Source: Spirochaetia bacterium (GTDB lineage: Bacteria; Spirochaetota; Spirochaetia; UBA9216). Taken from it: a stretch of DNA of 64,000 nucleotides. Of this stretch, positions 19,573-28,940 are shown one piece after another (position 1 is the first letter of the stretch; every line of letters starts with the position of its first letter). Below the pieces are notes generated by a model. It ran no database searches. It had not been told where the DNA came from and saw only the letters and a program-made list of their open reading frames with translations. The position numbers and the translations under genes were made by a program. The DNA is taken from NCBI GenBank assembly GCA_965140585.1, contig OZ223270.1:288001-352000 (forward strand), written 5' to 3'.

Positions 19573-21579
19573 AAAGCTGAACCCCCAGCAGAATTCAGAA
19601 GCAGAGAAATCCCATCCGGCAAAGAGATTCAGGGGTACAGGTTTAAGTCCAATCAAAGACACATCCGAATGCAGAAAAAATCCCGTGCCGAAACCCGGTT
19701 CATCGGTGTAAGCAAAGACTCCGTAGGCACCGGCTTTTATATTCTGAAATATTACTATTTCAGAGAAAGCCGGCTCAAACATATATGGGTTAAACAAAAG
19801 CCTGATTTCATTGAAAACAAGCCGGGGATATCCAGCTGTCGTATCCTGATCAGCAGGATACGGGGTATAATGAGCGGCAGCAAGCTTGAGAGAATCTCTT
19901 TTAAACAGGGGAACAGTTCCGGAACTAAAAGGATAACGAGCCAGAGCCCGGTCCTCCAGGAGCAGAAGGTTTCCTGTACCGGGAACTGCAGCAGTCAGTG
20001 AAATTTCCGCAAGTCCGAACAGACTTTGAAAATCCCAGCCCTGAAGCCCTGCGGCAGCATAAATGCTTAAAGGTTTTTCAGAGTCTGCGTTTGGAAAGAG
20101 TGCTGCTTCTACAGTTCCAGTGTAGAGGCTGTCTGATAAAGTCCAGGAACTGTCAGTAGTAATTTCCGCCTTGATATTCAAGTCAGTTCTAAACTTTTCA
20201 GACGCAAAAGGGACCAGCTGCAGCTGTCCGTAATAATAGCCGGCATTAAAGAGCTCTTCGATTCCGGTGATATTTCCAAAATCCTCTGTAAGAGAGAACC
20301 CAGCGCCGGCGCGAAGTTTTAGAAAATAAAAGGGGTCATAATTTAACCCGGTAAAGAGCAATGGATGAATATCACCTTCACTCAACGACGAAACTTCCGC
20401 AGCGGCACCTGCCTCCATTCCGAAACTTCCCGCTTTAAAATCTGCACCCAGACCGGCATTATACCCGCTGTCCAGATAGAAATCATCTTCAACGCCTTCA
20501 GGAAACATAGCAGTAAAAACAAGGTTAAGCTCAGAAGGCTCCACGGGAATACTTTCAAGATATCTGTATTCACGGTTGGCGTTGTCCATAACCATCCTGT
20601 AGGACTCCCGGTATTCGCCTAAAGTCTCAGAGACTCCGCCGTTGCCGAACCTGGTCAGAACAGAACTCAGCATATCTGTCGATCTGTACCCGGCATCACT
20701 TATTTCATTGATAAGATTGAAAGACATGAAAGAGTAATGCTCCACATCACACCTTATAAGAACTGGATCAAACTGTTTAAGCTGTGAAATCCCTGTCCGG
20801 CTTTTACCGACATCCATGGCGATATTAAGAATAGTAAGCGGACTTTTCAAATCAAGTTTAGGATTATCATAGAAGGCCGTAGCGGCAATTATCCGGTCTG
20901 AATATTTATAGGCGACATCCAGCGGAACCAGATTGGAAATACCGCCGTCAATTAAAGTAAAATCATACATTTCAACCGGATTAAAATAAACCGGAAGAGC
21001 ATAGGAGGCTTCCATTACAGTCAGCAGCTTTCCTTCTGCTATACGGATCTGCCGCTTTGATCTAATATCTTCACAGACTACCATTATCGGAACCGGAAGC
21101 TCGGACAGATCAGGGTTTCCAAGGTATGATCTTATTAGTCCGCTGAACAGACTTACATCCATTACACCGCCGTCAAGCGGCATTACAATATTAAACAGCT
21201 CTCCAATATTTGTAGTATTAACAGCCTCCTGAATCATATCAGGAGACATTCCGGCGGCATACATCAGCCCGACTATAGCACCCATCGAATTGGCCACGAT
21301 AAAATCGGGAACGATTTCTAGTTCCTCCAGCCGTTTAAGAACACCGATATGCGCAAATGCCCTGGCAGATCCGCCGCTTAAAACAAGCCCGATAGGCTCA
21401 CGGGTTCCTCCTGTTTTTTCATTAATCCGCTGAATAAATTTTTCTTCTCCAAGAAAAACAGGAAGATCCGAAGACATAATGCGATCCGGAACATCCTCAG
21501 CGAACAGCCTCAAGAGACTGAAAAACAATGTAAAAACCAATAATATTTTTCTGTATACAGAATTGCTGTGCTGGTACAT
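19564..21579 (-). CDS. Exported patatin-like phospholipase with C-terminal beta-rich domain
   Basis: SGGSARAFAHIG, ANSMG nucleophile motif, DGG; signal peptide; aromatic-rich C-terminus. Confidence 0.82.
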   Translation of the reverse strand: MYQHSNSVYRKILLVFTLFFSLLRLFAEDVPDRIMSSDLPVFLGEEKFIQRINEKTGGTREPIGLVLSGGSARAFAHIGVLKRLEELEIVPDFIVANSMGAIVGLMYAAGMSPDMIQEAVNTTNIGELFNIVMPLDGGVMDVSLFSGLIRSYLGNPDLSELPVPIMVVCEDIRSKRQIRIAEGKLLTVMEASYALPVYFNPVEMYDFTLIDGGISNLVPLDVAYKYSDRIIAATAFYDNPKLDLKSPLTILNIAMDVGKSRTGISQLKQFDPVLIRCDVEHYSFMSFNLINEISDAGYRSTDMLSSVLTRFGNGGVSETLGEYRESYRMVMDNANREYRYLESIPVEPSELNLVFTAMFPEGVEDDFYLDSGYNAGLGADFKAGSFGMEAGAAAEVSSLSEGDIHPLLFTGLNYDPFYFLKLRAGAGFSLTEDFGNITGIEELFNAGYYYGQLQLVPFASEKFRTDLNIKAEITTDSSWTLSDSLYTGTVEAALFPNADSEKPLSIYAAAGLQGWDFQSLFGLAEISLTAAVPGTGNLLLLEDRALARYPFSSGTVPLFKRDSLKLAAAHYTPYPADQDTTAGYPRLVFNEIRLLFNPYMFEPAFSEIVIFQNIKAGAYGVFAYTDEPGFGTGFFLHSDVSLIGLKPVPLNLFAGWDFSASEFCWGFSFSE

Positions 21580-21674
21580 AACTATTTTATTTGCCGCTCT
21601 TTTTCAAAACCTTTATATTGATTATATATGCTTATAACACAACAGTAAAATAAAAATGTTACTGGAGGATTAAC

Positions 21675-22253
21675 ATGGTAAAAGGCAGCGAAAAAAGAAC
21701 TAATAACAATAATGCAGATATGATATTTGTAGATCGATGGTCACCCAGAGCCATGTCAGGTGAACCCTTATCAGAAGAGGACGCGCGAAAGCTGTTTGAG
21801 GCAGCAAGATGGGCACCCTCGTCAATGAATAACCAGCCATGGCGATTCATATATTCCATAAATGGCGATGAAAACTGGGATACTTTTTTCAATCTCCTTA
21901 ACGCGGGCAACCAGAAATGGGCAGGAAAAGCAGGAATGCTTATGGTTGTAGTATCAAAAAACACTTTTGATACCGGGAAGGAATCAGTAACCCACAGCTA
22001 CGACACAGGAGCAGCCTGGGTAAGTCTTGCACTTCAGGGCTCCTTAATGGGACTGGTAGTGCACGGAATGCAGGGCTTTGATTATGAGGCAGCAAGGGAC
22101 AAGCTTGGAATACCGGAAGGGTATACAGTTGAAGCTATGGCTGCAGCAGGAAAACCGGGCGAGATTTCAGAGCTTCCGGAGAATCTTCAGCAGAGGGAAA
22201 GCCCCAATGACCGGAAACCGATCGAGGAAACAATCAGAAGAGGGCACTTCTAA
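21675..22253 (+). CDS. Nitroreductase family protein
   Basis: RWSPRAM and AARWAPSSMNNQPWRF motifs. Confidence 0.92.
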   Translation: MVKGSEKRTNNNNADMIFVDRWSPRAMSGEPLSEEDARKLFEAARWAPSSMNNQPWRFIYSINGDENWDTFFNLLNAGNQKWAGKAGMLMVVVSKNTFDTGKESVTHSYDTGAAWVSLALQGSLMGLVVHGMQGFDYEAARDKLGIPEGYTVEAMAAAGKPGEISELPENLQQRESPNDRKPIEETIRRGHF

Positions 22254-22379
22254 AACAACGCTTAATTAATACCGGGGTTAATACAAAACTAACAATTCCC
22301 GTATATGATACTTTGAAATATTGATAAAGCATATTAAACTAGTATTATTCATGTTCAAATGCTTATCAGGAGTGTCAAA

Positions 22380-23441
22380 ATGTCAAAGACAAAGGGAATG
22401 AAAATAGGAATACTTACCGCCGGAGGAGATTGTCCCGGACTTAATGCCGCAATCAGAGGCGTCGGAAAGACTGCCATTCTGAAATACGGTATGGAAGTCT
22501 ACGGATTTTCCTCCGGATACCTCGGTCTTGTGAATAACGAGTACAAACAGCTCTCAGAAAGAGACCTTTCAGGCATCCTGACAGTCGGGGGAACAATCCT
22601 CGGCACCTCAAGAGAAAAACCATTCAAACATTCAGAATATGATCAGTATGTAGTAAGCAAACCCGACCAGATAAAGGAAAACTATGCAGCGCTTGGCCTT
22701 GACTGTGTGGTTTGCATCGGCGGAAACGGAACTATGAAAACTGCAGGAAAGCTTCAGGATGAGGGGCTGAATGTAATCGGAATACCGAAAACAATCGACA
22801 ACGATGTCTGGGGAACCGACAGAACATTCGGGTTCGATTCTGCCGTTACTATAGCTACAGATGCCATTGACCGCATTCACACAACGGCAAACTCACATAA
22901 ACGAATCATGGTAGTTGAAGTTATGGGTCATCATACCGGCTGGCTGACACTTTTTTCAGGGGTTGCAGGCGGAGGAGATATCATCCTTATTCCGGAAATA
23001 CCCTATGAACGAAAAATACTGAAAAAATATATAATGAAAAGAGCCGAATCAGGAAAACCCTACTCAATCGTAGTTGTTGCAGAAGGTATCAGGGTTCCGC
23101 CCAAGAAGAACGGGCAGCCGAGTGTGAAAAGCGCCGGAAGGTATATTTCAGAAATTATCCAGAAAGATACCGGCATTGAAACCAGGGACACCATACTCGG
23201 CTACATACAGCGCGGAGGCTCACCCTCCGCCACTGACCGTGTCCTGGCAACCGAGCTCGGGGCCTTTGCCGCAAAAATGATTTCAGAGCAAAAGTTCGGA
23301 CACATGGCGGCAATTCAGGACAGAACACTCACCTCAATACCTCTGAGCGATGTGGCGGGAAAACTGAAACTTGTACCGCCTGACTATCCGCTCATTCAGT
23401 ACGCAAGAAATCTGGACACCTGCTTCGGCGACGGCAAATAA
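22380..23441 (+). CDS. pfkA: 6-phosphofructokinase (group III-like)
   Basis: GGDCPGLN, GGNGT, PKTIDND, EVMG, GYIQRGG. Start at ATG 22380 after AGGAG. Confidence 0.92.
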   Translation: MSKTKGMKIGILTAGGDCPGLNAAIRGVGKTAILKYGMEVYGFSSGYLGLVNNEYKQLSERDLSGILTVGGTILGTSREKPFKHSEYDQYVVSKPDQIKENYAALGLDCVVCIGGNGTMKTAGKLQDEGLNVIGIPKTIDNDVWGTDRTFGFDSAVTIATDAIDRIHTTANSHKRIMVVEVMGHHTGWLTLFSGVAGGGDIILIPEIPYERKILKKYIMKRAESGKPYSIVVVAEGIRVPPKKNGQPSVKSAGRYISEIIQKDTGIETRDTILGYIQRGGSPSATDRVLATELGAFAAKMISEQKFGHMAAIQDRTLTSIPLSDVAGKLKLVPPDYPLIQYARNLDTCFGDGK

Positions 23442-23453
23442 AAAAGGACTCAC

Positions 23454-25517
23454 ATGGCGGAAGATATTTATAAATTCATCAATAAAGAAGTAAGCTGGCT
23501 CTCGTTCAACGAAAGAGTTCTGCAGGAGGCTGAAGATAAAAGAAACCTCCTGGGAGAACGTTTAAAATTCCTTGGTATTTTTTCATCAAACCAGGATGAG
23601 TTTTTCAGAGTCCGTGTTGCAATGCTTAAAAAGTTCTGCCTTATGAACAGAAAAAGCCGTAAATACCTGCCCGAAGATCCTGAAGAGGCAATGAATCAGG
23701 TAAGGGTGATAGTTCACAGGCAGCGTCAGCGTTCAGAGAAAATTTATAAAGATATAATGAATGAACTTGAAAAAGAGAAGGTCTTTATAAAGTCTCACAA
23801 TGAACTCAATAAAAAGCAGCAGCGTTTTGTCTTTGATTATTTTACCGTCCATGTAAGACCGCAGATTTTTCCGATGATTATCGACAGCCGGTACGAAATC
23901 CCCTATTTGCAGGACGACTCGCTCTATCTTGCAGTTGAGCTGCGGAACAATACCACTCACAGGATTCGCTACAGTATTATTGAAATTCCGACAAAATCGC
24001 TTCCCCGATTTATAAAACTGCCCCATTCCGGCGATGAAACCCATATCATCCTTATTGATGAAATTGTACGCTTCGGCCTGCCCGGAGTTTATTCCAGCCA
24101 TCAGTTTACAAGTTTTCATTCCTATAACTTCAAGGTAACCAGAGACGCTGAACTGGAAATAGATGAGGATGATATCTCGGTAAGTTATCTTAACAAGATT
24201 TCAGAAAGCCTTAAAAAACGAGGCGAAGGTGATATCATCAGGCTCGTTTATGATGAAAAAATGCCGAAGGCAATGCTTGATTTCTTCAGAAAAAAGAACA
24301 AAATGCATCCTCTCGACACGCTCTCTGCAGGAGGTCGCTATCACAGGCTGAAAGATATGCTGAGTCTTCCGGGTGTTGCCGGACTGGAAACAACCAAGCC
24401 TAATCCTCCGATAAGGCACGCTGAAATAGACCAGAGCAAGATTTCCTTTGCATCAATTAAAAAACACGATGTTCTGCTGTTTTTCCCCTATCACACATTC
24501 AGCAGTATGATCGACTTTATAAGGGATGCATCCATCGACGCCTCAGTTGAAAGCATCAAAGTCACTCTCTACAGGGTCGCAAAATTTTCAAGTATCGCGA
24601 ACGCCCTGATCAATGCCCGTCGAAACCGTAAGGATGTAACAGTACTTCTTGAACTTCAGGCACGCTTTGATGAGGAAAACAACATCTACTGGGCAAACAG
24701 GCTCAAAGATGAGGGTGTAAAAATCCTCTTTGGTATTTCCGGTCTCAAAGTTCATTCGAAGCTATGTCTGGTCACAAGAAAAGAAAGAGGAAAGCTTGTA
24801 AAATACTGCAGTATCGGAACCGGAAATCTTAACGAAGAAACCGCCAAAATGTATACAGACTGTACCCTGCTGACAGCAAATCCTGAAATAACCATGGAGG
24901 TTGAGGTTCTGTTCAACTTTCTGGAACGAAACTTTCACTACAACCTGTCATTTGAACACCTGCTTGTTTCCCCAGTTAATTTTCGTCAGAAACTCAATGA
25001 ACTAATTGATTTTGAGATTGAAGAAGCAAAGGCCGGCAGGCCTGCATGGATCAACATCAAGATCAACAACCTGGCGGATAAGGAGATTGGTACAAAGCTT
25101 TACGATGCCAGTATGGCCGGGGTAAAAATCAGACTGATCTGCAGAAGCCGTTTTACGATAATCCCCGGTGTTCCGGGTCTAAGTGAAAATATTCAGGCAA
25201 TAAGCATCATAGACAAATATCTTGAACATGCCCGTTTTTTTATCTTCTGCCATGGAGGTGAAGATCTGACCTATCTTGGTTCAGCAGACTGGCAGACAAG
25301 AAATATTGATCGACGGGTAGAGGTAACAACACCAGTCAGCAGGGAAAGACATAAAAAAAGGTTAAGGGATATTTTTGAAATTCAATGGAATGATAACTGC
25401 AAGGCACGGATTCTTGATCAGGAAATGTCAAACCGTTTTGTTGAAAAAAAAGATAACGAAACTCTTAACCGATCCCAGGATTCTGTATACCAATATCTGG
25501 TTGACGAGAACCACTAA
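23454..25517 (+). CDS. ppk1: Polyphosphate kinase 1
   Basis: SWLSFNERVL, ELQARFDEENNI, KVHSK, YLEHAR, SADWQTRNIDRRVE. Confidence 0.96.
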   Translation: MAEDIYKFINKEVSWLSFNERVLQEAEDKRNLLGERLKFLGIFSSNQDEFFRVRVAMLKKFCLMNRKSRKYLPEDPEEAMNQVRVIVHRQRQRSEKIYKDIMNELEKEKVFIKSHNELNKKQQRFVFDYFTVHVRPQIFPMIIDSRYEIPYLQDDSLYLAVELRNNTTHRIRYSIIEIPTKSLPRFIKLPHSGDETHIILIDEIVRFGLPGVYSSHQFTSFHSYNFKVTRDAELEIDEDDISVSYLNKISESLKKRGEGDIIRLVYDEKMPKAMLDFFRKKNKMHPLDTLSAGGRYHRLKDMLSLPGVAGLETTKPNPPIRHAEIDQSKISFASIKKHDVLLFFPYHTFSSMIDFIRDASIDASVESIKVTLYRVAKFSSIANALINARRNRKDVTVLLELQARFDEENNIYWANRLKDEGVKILFGISGLKVHSKLCLVTRKERGKLVKYCSIGTGNLNEETAKMYTDCTLLTANPEITMEVEVLFNFLERNFHYNLSFEHLLVSPVNFRQKLNELIDFEIEEAKAGRPAWINIKINNLADKEIGTKLYDASMAGVKIRLICRSRFTIIPGVPGLSENIQAISIIDKYLEHARFFIFCHGGEDLTYLGSADWQTRNIDRRVEVTTPVSRERHKKRLRDIFEIQWNDNCKARILDQEMSNRFVEKKDNETLNRSQDSVYQYLVDENH

Positions 25518-25543
25518 TTAAACCTCAGCGGAGTTGATTCAAA

Positions 25544-25942
25544 TCAGCCCCGCTGCGCCAGAAAGTTATCCACAGCTTTTCCCCAGGGCAGAAACTTAAG
25601 CCTTCTTAAAGCCCTGTCCGATTTCAGAAATCGACGCTTACGGTATTTTCGTTCAGGCCATCTCTTACGTATGCTTGTTACCTTGAAGGGATAAAGTTTA
25701 TATACAACAGTGTCTTTCCCCTTCTCCACAGGGATTTTTATCGCTTTCCCTTTGATTGAACCTATAAGACCGGCTTCTTCAAAAGCTTCAAGGGCCGCAA
25801 CCTCACGATCTGTACGGTCTGCTTCAGGCTGCCCCTTGGGAAGTATCCATCTCCCGGGATTAGATCTGGAGGTAATTATCACAAAACGGTAAGTATTATT
25901 TCTTTTTATGTAAGGGATAACCCCTATCTGCTTATATTCCAA
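25544..25942 (-). CDS. NUDIX hydrolase (DIPP/Ap6A-like)
   Basis: WILPKG, Nudix box ...AALEAFEEAG, WPE...RKRRF. Confidence 0.8.
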   Translation of the reverse strand: MEYKQIGVIPYIKRNNTYRFVIITSRSNPGRWILPKGQPEADRTDREVAALEAFEEAGLIGSIKGKAIKIPVEKGKDTVVYKLYPFKVTSIRKRWPERKYRKRRFLKSDRALRRLKFLPWGKAVDNFLAQRG

Positions 25943-25943
25943 T

Positions 25944-26966
25944 TCAAACAGACTCCACCAGATTTCCGGAACTCAGATCAAGAATCCTCCATCCAAGTGC
26001 GTTTATCAGCTCATTGTCATTGGAAACAATTATAATTGTAGGAACCTCAAGCATCAGCAAATCTCTCAATATTTTTATAAAGCCTTCCCGTGATGCCGCA
26101 TCAAGGGAGGCTGTCGGCTCATCCATAAGAAAAACACCGGGGGCCTGAGAAATGCACCCGGCAAGGGAAACCCTCAGTTTTTCACCGGCCGATAGTTCAT
26201 TAAAAGAACTATTCTGAAGGTGAAAACAGCCGGTTCGCTTCATTGCAAGCTCTATTTTATATGCCTGCTCAGAGGCCGTTTCAACAGAGTCCGGAAGCTT
26301 CTTTCTTACAACGTCCGCTGCAGAAACCGGGGTCTGTATTGATCTGTCGGCAGATTCCAGGAAAGCGATATTTTCGGCAGCGGCGTTGACCGCTACGCCC
26401 TTCGCATCAACCAGAGAAACAGAACCTGCTACAGGTTTCAGTATTCCCGCAATTGCTTTAAGCAGAGTTGTTTTCCCGCTGCCCTGGGCTCCCCGGATTA
26501 CAAGCTGATCACCGGCATCCAGCATAAAAGACAGATTGCTGAAAACTGGAGTATTCCCGTATCCTGCTTCGAGACGGTTCAGCCTGAGACCAATCCCCTT
26601 TGAAAAGCCAGCACGTTTCCTGAGGAACATACATGCATCTGCAGCAGACATTTCATCAGTAATTAAATCTTCAGTCCTGCATTCAATTTTCTCAACAAGC
26701 TCATCATAGCGGCATTCAACCCCGTTCTGCTCAAAAACCTTCAGACCAAGTTCACTTATCAGATGAATATATACTTTTTTTATCCCCATCCCTGCGGTTA
26801 AAGAAGCAGCAGCCCTTCCGGCAATTTTGTCTTCAACTGAGACATCTGCGGGGTCAATCCCACCGGCTCTTAAATGTTCTTCGAGTTCAAAAAGCGGATA
26901 CAGCCATTTACCATCGCTTTCAAAAATAATTTCATTATCCAGAAATGCTCTAAGGGAGTAAGACAT
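25944..26966 (-). CDS. DUF1893-like domain fused to an ABC ATPase
   Basis: N-terminal DKIAGRAAA...C..E motif (DUF1893/TM1506-like); GAQGSGKTT, LSAGE, FLMDEPT. Confidence 0.72.
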   Translation of the reverse strand: MSYSLRAFLDNEIIFESDGKWLYPLFELEEHLRAGGIDPADVSVEDKIAGRAAASLTAGMGIKKVYIHLISELGLKVFEQNGVECRYDELVEKIECRTEDLITDEMSAADACMFLRKRAGFSKGIGLRLNRLEAGYGNTPVFSNLSFMLDAGDQLVIRGAQGSGKTTLLKAIAGILKPVAGSVSLVDAKGVAVNAAAENIAFLESADRSIQTPVSAADVVRKKLPDSVETASEQAYKIELAMKRTGCFHLQNSSFNELSAGEKLRVSLAGCISQAPGVFLMDEPTASLDAASREGFIKILRDLLMLEVPTIIIVSNDNELINALGWRILDLSSGNLVESV

Positions 26967-26971
26967 ATTAC

Positions 26972-27520
26972 CTATATTCCTTTGATATAAAACCTGTTGA
27001 TGATTTCATCGTCTTCAGCCTGTCCAACCATCTTCTCAAGTTCGCAGAAGAAATTTGACTCACGATCAAGACGTTTTCTGAAATCTTCAGTTATTTCAAC
27101 CGGTTCTGATTCAAGCTCATCCTTCCAGCCGGGACAGCCGGAGACCGGAGCAAGTGCAGACCATTTTTCAGTATCCATGCGACAGTCATATTCCCTGCAG
27201 TGGGGAGCCAGCATGCATACCAGCGGTTTATGATTCGGATGCAGGCTGCAAAGCCCATAAAATCTGCCGTTATCATCCAGTCTATTTTCAATGAAGGGGC
27301 AGAATTTCAGCTTTCCGCCTTTGAATCTTATCCGCGGAAGCGGTGCATTATTCCGCTCATTATCAATTATAACAAAACCACGGCTGAAAAGATCAGCAGT
27401 ACTGTTAAATTTGAGATAATTTGCCATCAGAGCCAGATCTTCTGGATTGAGGAAAACCTTCATCAGGCCGCTGCAGCATTCACCGCAGCATTTACAGTCG
27501 AATTTAAGCGGATCGGCCAA
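26972..27520 (-). CDS. YkgJ family cysteine-cluster (Zn/Fe-chelating) protein
   Basis: FDCKCCGECC, CPF, CSLH..KPLVC..AP, CPG. Confidence 0.85.
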   Translation of the reverse strand: MADPLKFDCKCCGECCSGLMKVFLNPEDLALMANYLKFNSTADLFSRGFVIIDNERNNAPLPRIRFKGGKLKFCPFIENRLDDNGRFYGLCSLHPNHKPLVCMLAPHCREYDCRMDTEKWSALAPVSGCPGWKDELESEPVEITEDFRKRLDRESNFFCELEKMVGQAEDDEIINRFYIKGI

Positions 27521-27522
27521 GC

Positions 27523-28200
27523 TTAAAAGGCTCCGTATTCTTCAAGATTTTCAATTTCCAGGGCAACCGACATTCGGCACTTGTAGCTGCCTGAATCAAT
27601 TGTAATATAGGGAACTGAATTAATTCTGACCCTGCCGCTGACAGATCTCGGTTTATTGTAGATCCGCGGCTGAAGATAGTCACGCAATGCCTGTTTTACT
27701 GAATTATTGATGGCATCAATTTTACCATCGTAGCCTTTAACAAATCGGCCCTCCCCGATTGATGAAACCCTCGACAGGGTTCCACTGTCCCAGCTTATAT
27801 ACCACGGCAGCTGATATTCATGCAGATCGTAGGATAATTCAACTATATAAAGGTCTCCTTCCTTCCTGCTGGATTTCACCTTCAAAGCCTCATCGCCCCA
27901 TGGAATTGAATGAACCGGAGAGAGTTCAAATTCCTCTTTAATGCTTCTTATGGAATCGTAGGGAACGTACCTGAAGCTGAACCCGTAAATCATTCCGGAA
28001 TAGACATATACAGCCTCATCAAGGATCTGTCTAAGGTACTCTTCATCCGAGGTTTTATCCTCTTTAAACGGATCGGTATTTTCGAGCACAGTAAAAAAAC
28101 TGCCTGTAAACCTTATCTGATCATACTCAGGATCAGCCTCTCCAAATAGAGCTCCGGAGAAAATCAGCAGTATTGAAAGGATAAAAAGGATTCTCTTCAA
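27523..28200 (-). CDS. Exported hypothetical protein
   Basis: 225-aa ORF with signal peptide, in operon with the rhomboid and YkgJ genes. Confidence 0.7.
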   Translation of the reverse strand: MKRILFILSILLIFSGALFGEADPEYDQIRFTGSFFTVLENTDPFKEDKTSDEEYLRQILDEAVYVYSGMIYGFSFRYVPYDSIRSIKEEFELSPVHSIPWGDEALKVKSSRKEGDLYIVELSYDLHEYQLPWYISWDSGTLSRVSSIGEGRFVKGYDGKIDAINNSVKQALRDYLQPRIYNKPRSVSGRVRINSVPYITIDSGSYKCRMSVALEIENLEEYGAF

Positions 28201-28206
28201 ATTCTC

Positions 28207-28845
28207 CTACCAGCGGCTTCCGCCTCTTCCCCTGAGGGCATCTATAGGATTTGTTCCCTCTCTGACAATAAAATAAAGAAATGCAAAACCAAAGCCGGCA
28301 AGATGAGTGAGGTGAGCAACCCCCGTCCTGAATCCTGCAAACTGGTAGAAAATAGAAATACCTGCAAATAAAAGGACCAGAGTTCTGGCTTTCAGCGGAA
28401 TAATTCCGAATACATATATCAGTGAATCAGGATAGTAAACTGCATATGCAAAGGTAACAGCATATACTGCTCCTGAGGCTCCAAGCAGAACGACATTCAT
28501 CCCGGTAAGAAAGTAGACAATAAAGGAAAAGACACCGGCAAGAGCCCCTGTCAGAAGGTAGAAAAGCAGGAATTCGCGGCTTCCCATCCGACGTTCAACG
28601 GCCTGTCCGAAGAAAAAGAGGGCCAGCATATTGAATGCTATATGGCTTATTCCGGAGTGGACAAACATGTAGGTAACAAACTGCCAGACAAAGCCGTGAA
28701 GAACCAGTGAGGGAACCATGGCCAGATAGTAAAAACTGCTGGATGCAATCATTGTAAGCATAAAAACTGCAAGATTTATCCCGATAATTATAAAAGATAC
28801 ATTTGAATAGGTGTATCGAAAAGGTTTCCTGAGAATGTTGTTCAT
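28207..28845 (-). CDS. Rhomboid intramembrane serine protease
   Basis: WQFVTYMFVH, HIAFNM, GASG, AHLTHLAG. Confidence 0.93.
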   Translation of the reverse strand: MNNILRKPFRYTYSNVSFIIIGINLAVFMLTMIASSSFYYLAMVPSLVLHGFVWQFVTYMFVHSGISHIAFNMLALFFFGQAVERRMGSREFLLFYLLTGALAGVFSFIVYFLTGMNVVLLGASGAVYAVTFAYAVYYPDSLIYVFGIIPLKARTLVLLFAGISIFYQFAGFRTGVAHLTHLAGFGFAFLYFIVREGTNPIDALRGRGGSRW

Positions 28846-28940
28846 GCTCTATAAAGTAAAACTTTTACGAGCCGCGGTCAAGAAATCTATTAATATTAAG
28901 ATCATTGAATATTCACATGGGAAGTGTTATTATTTAATTG
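28846..28940. promoter_or_regulatory. Back-to-back sigma70 promoters, each 7 nt from a start codon (leaderless)
   Basis: Minus strand: TTGACC-17-TACTTT-7-ATG (rhomboid). Plus strand: TTGAAT-17-TATTAT-7-GTG (M14 peptidase). Confidence 0.65.
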
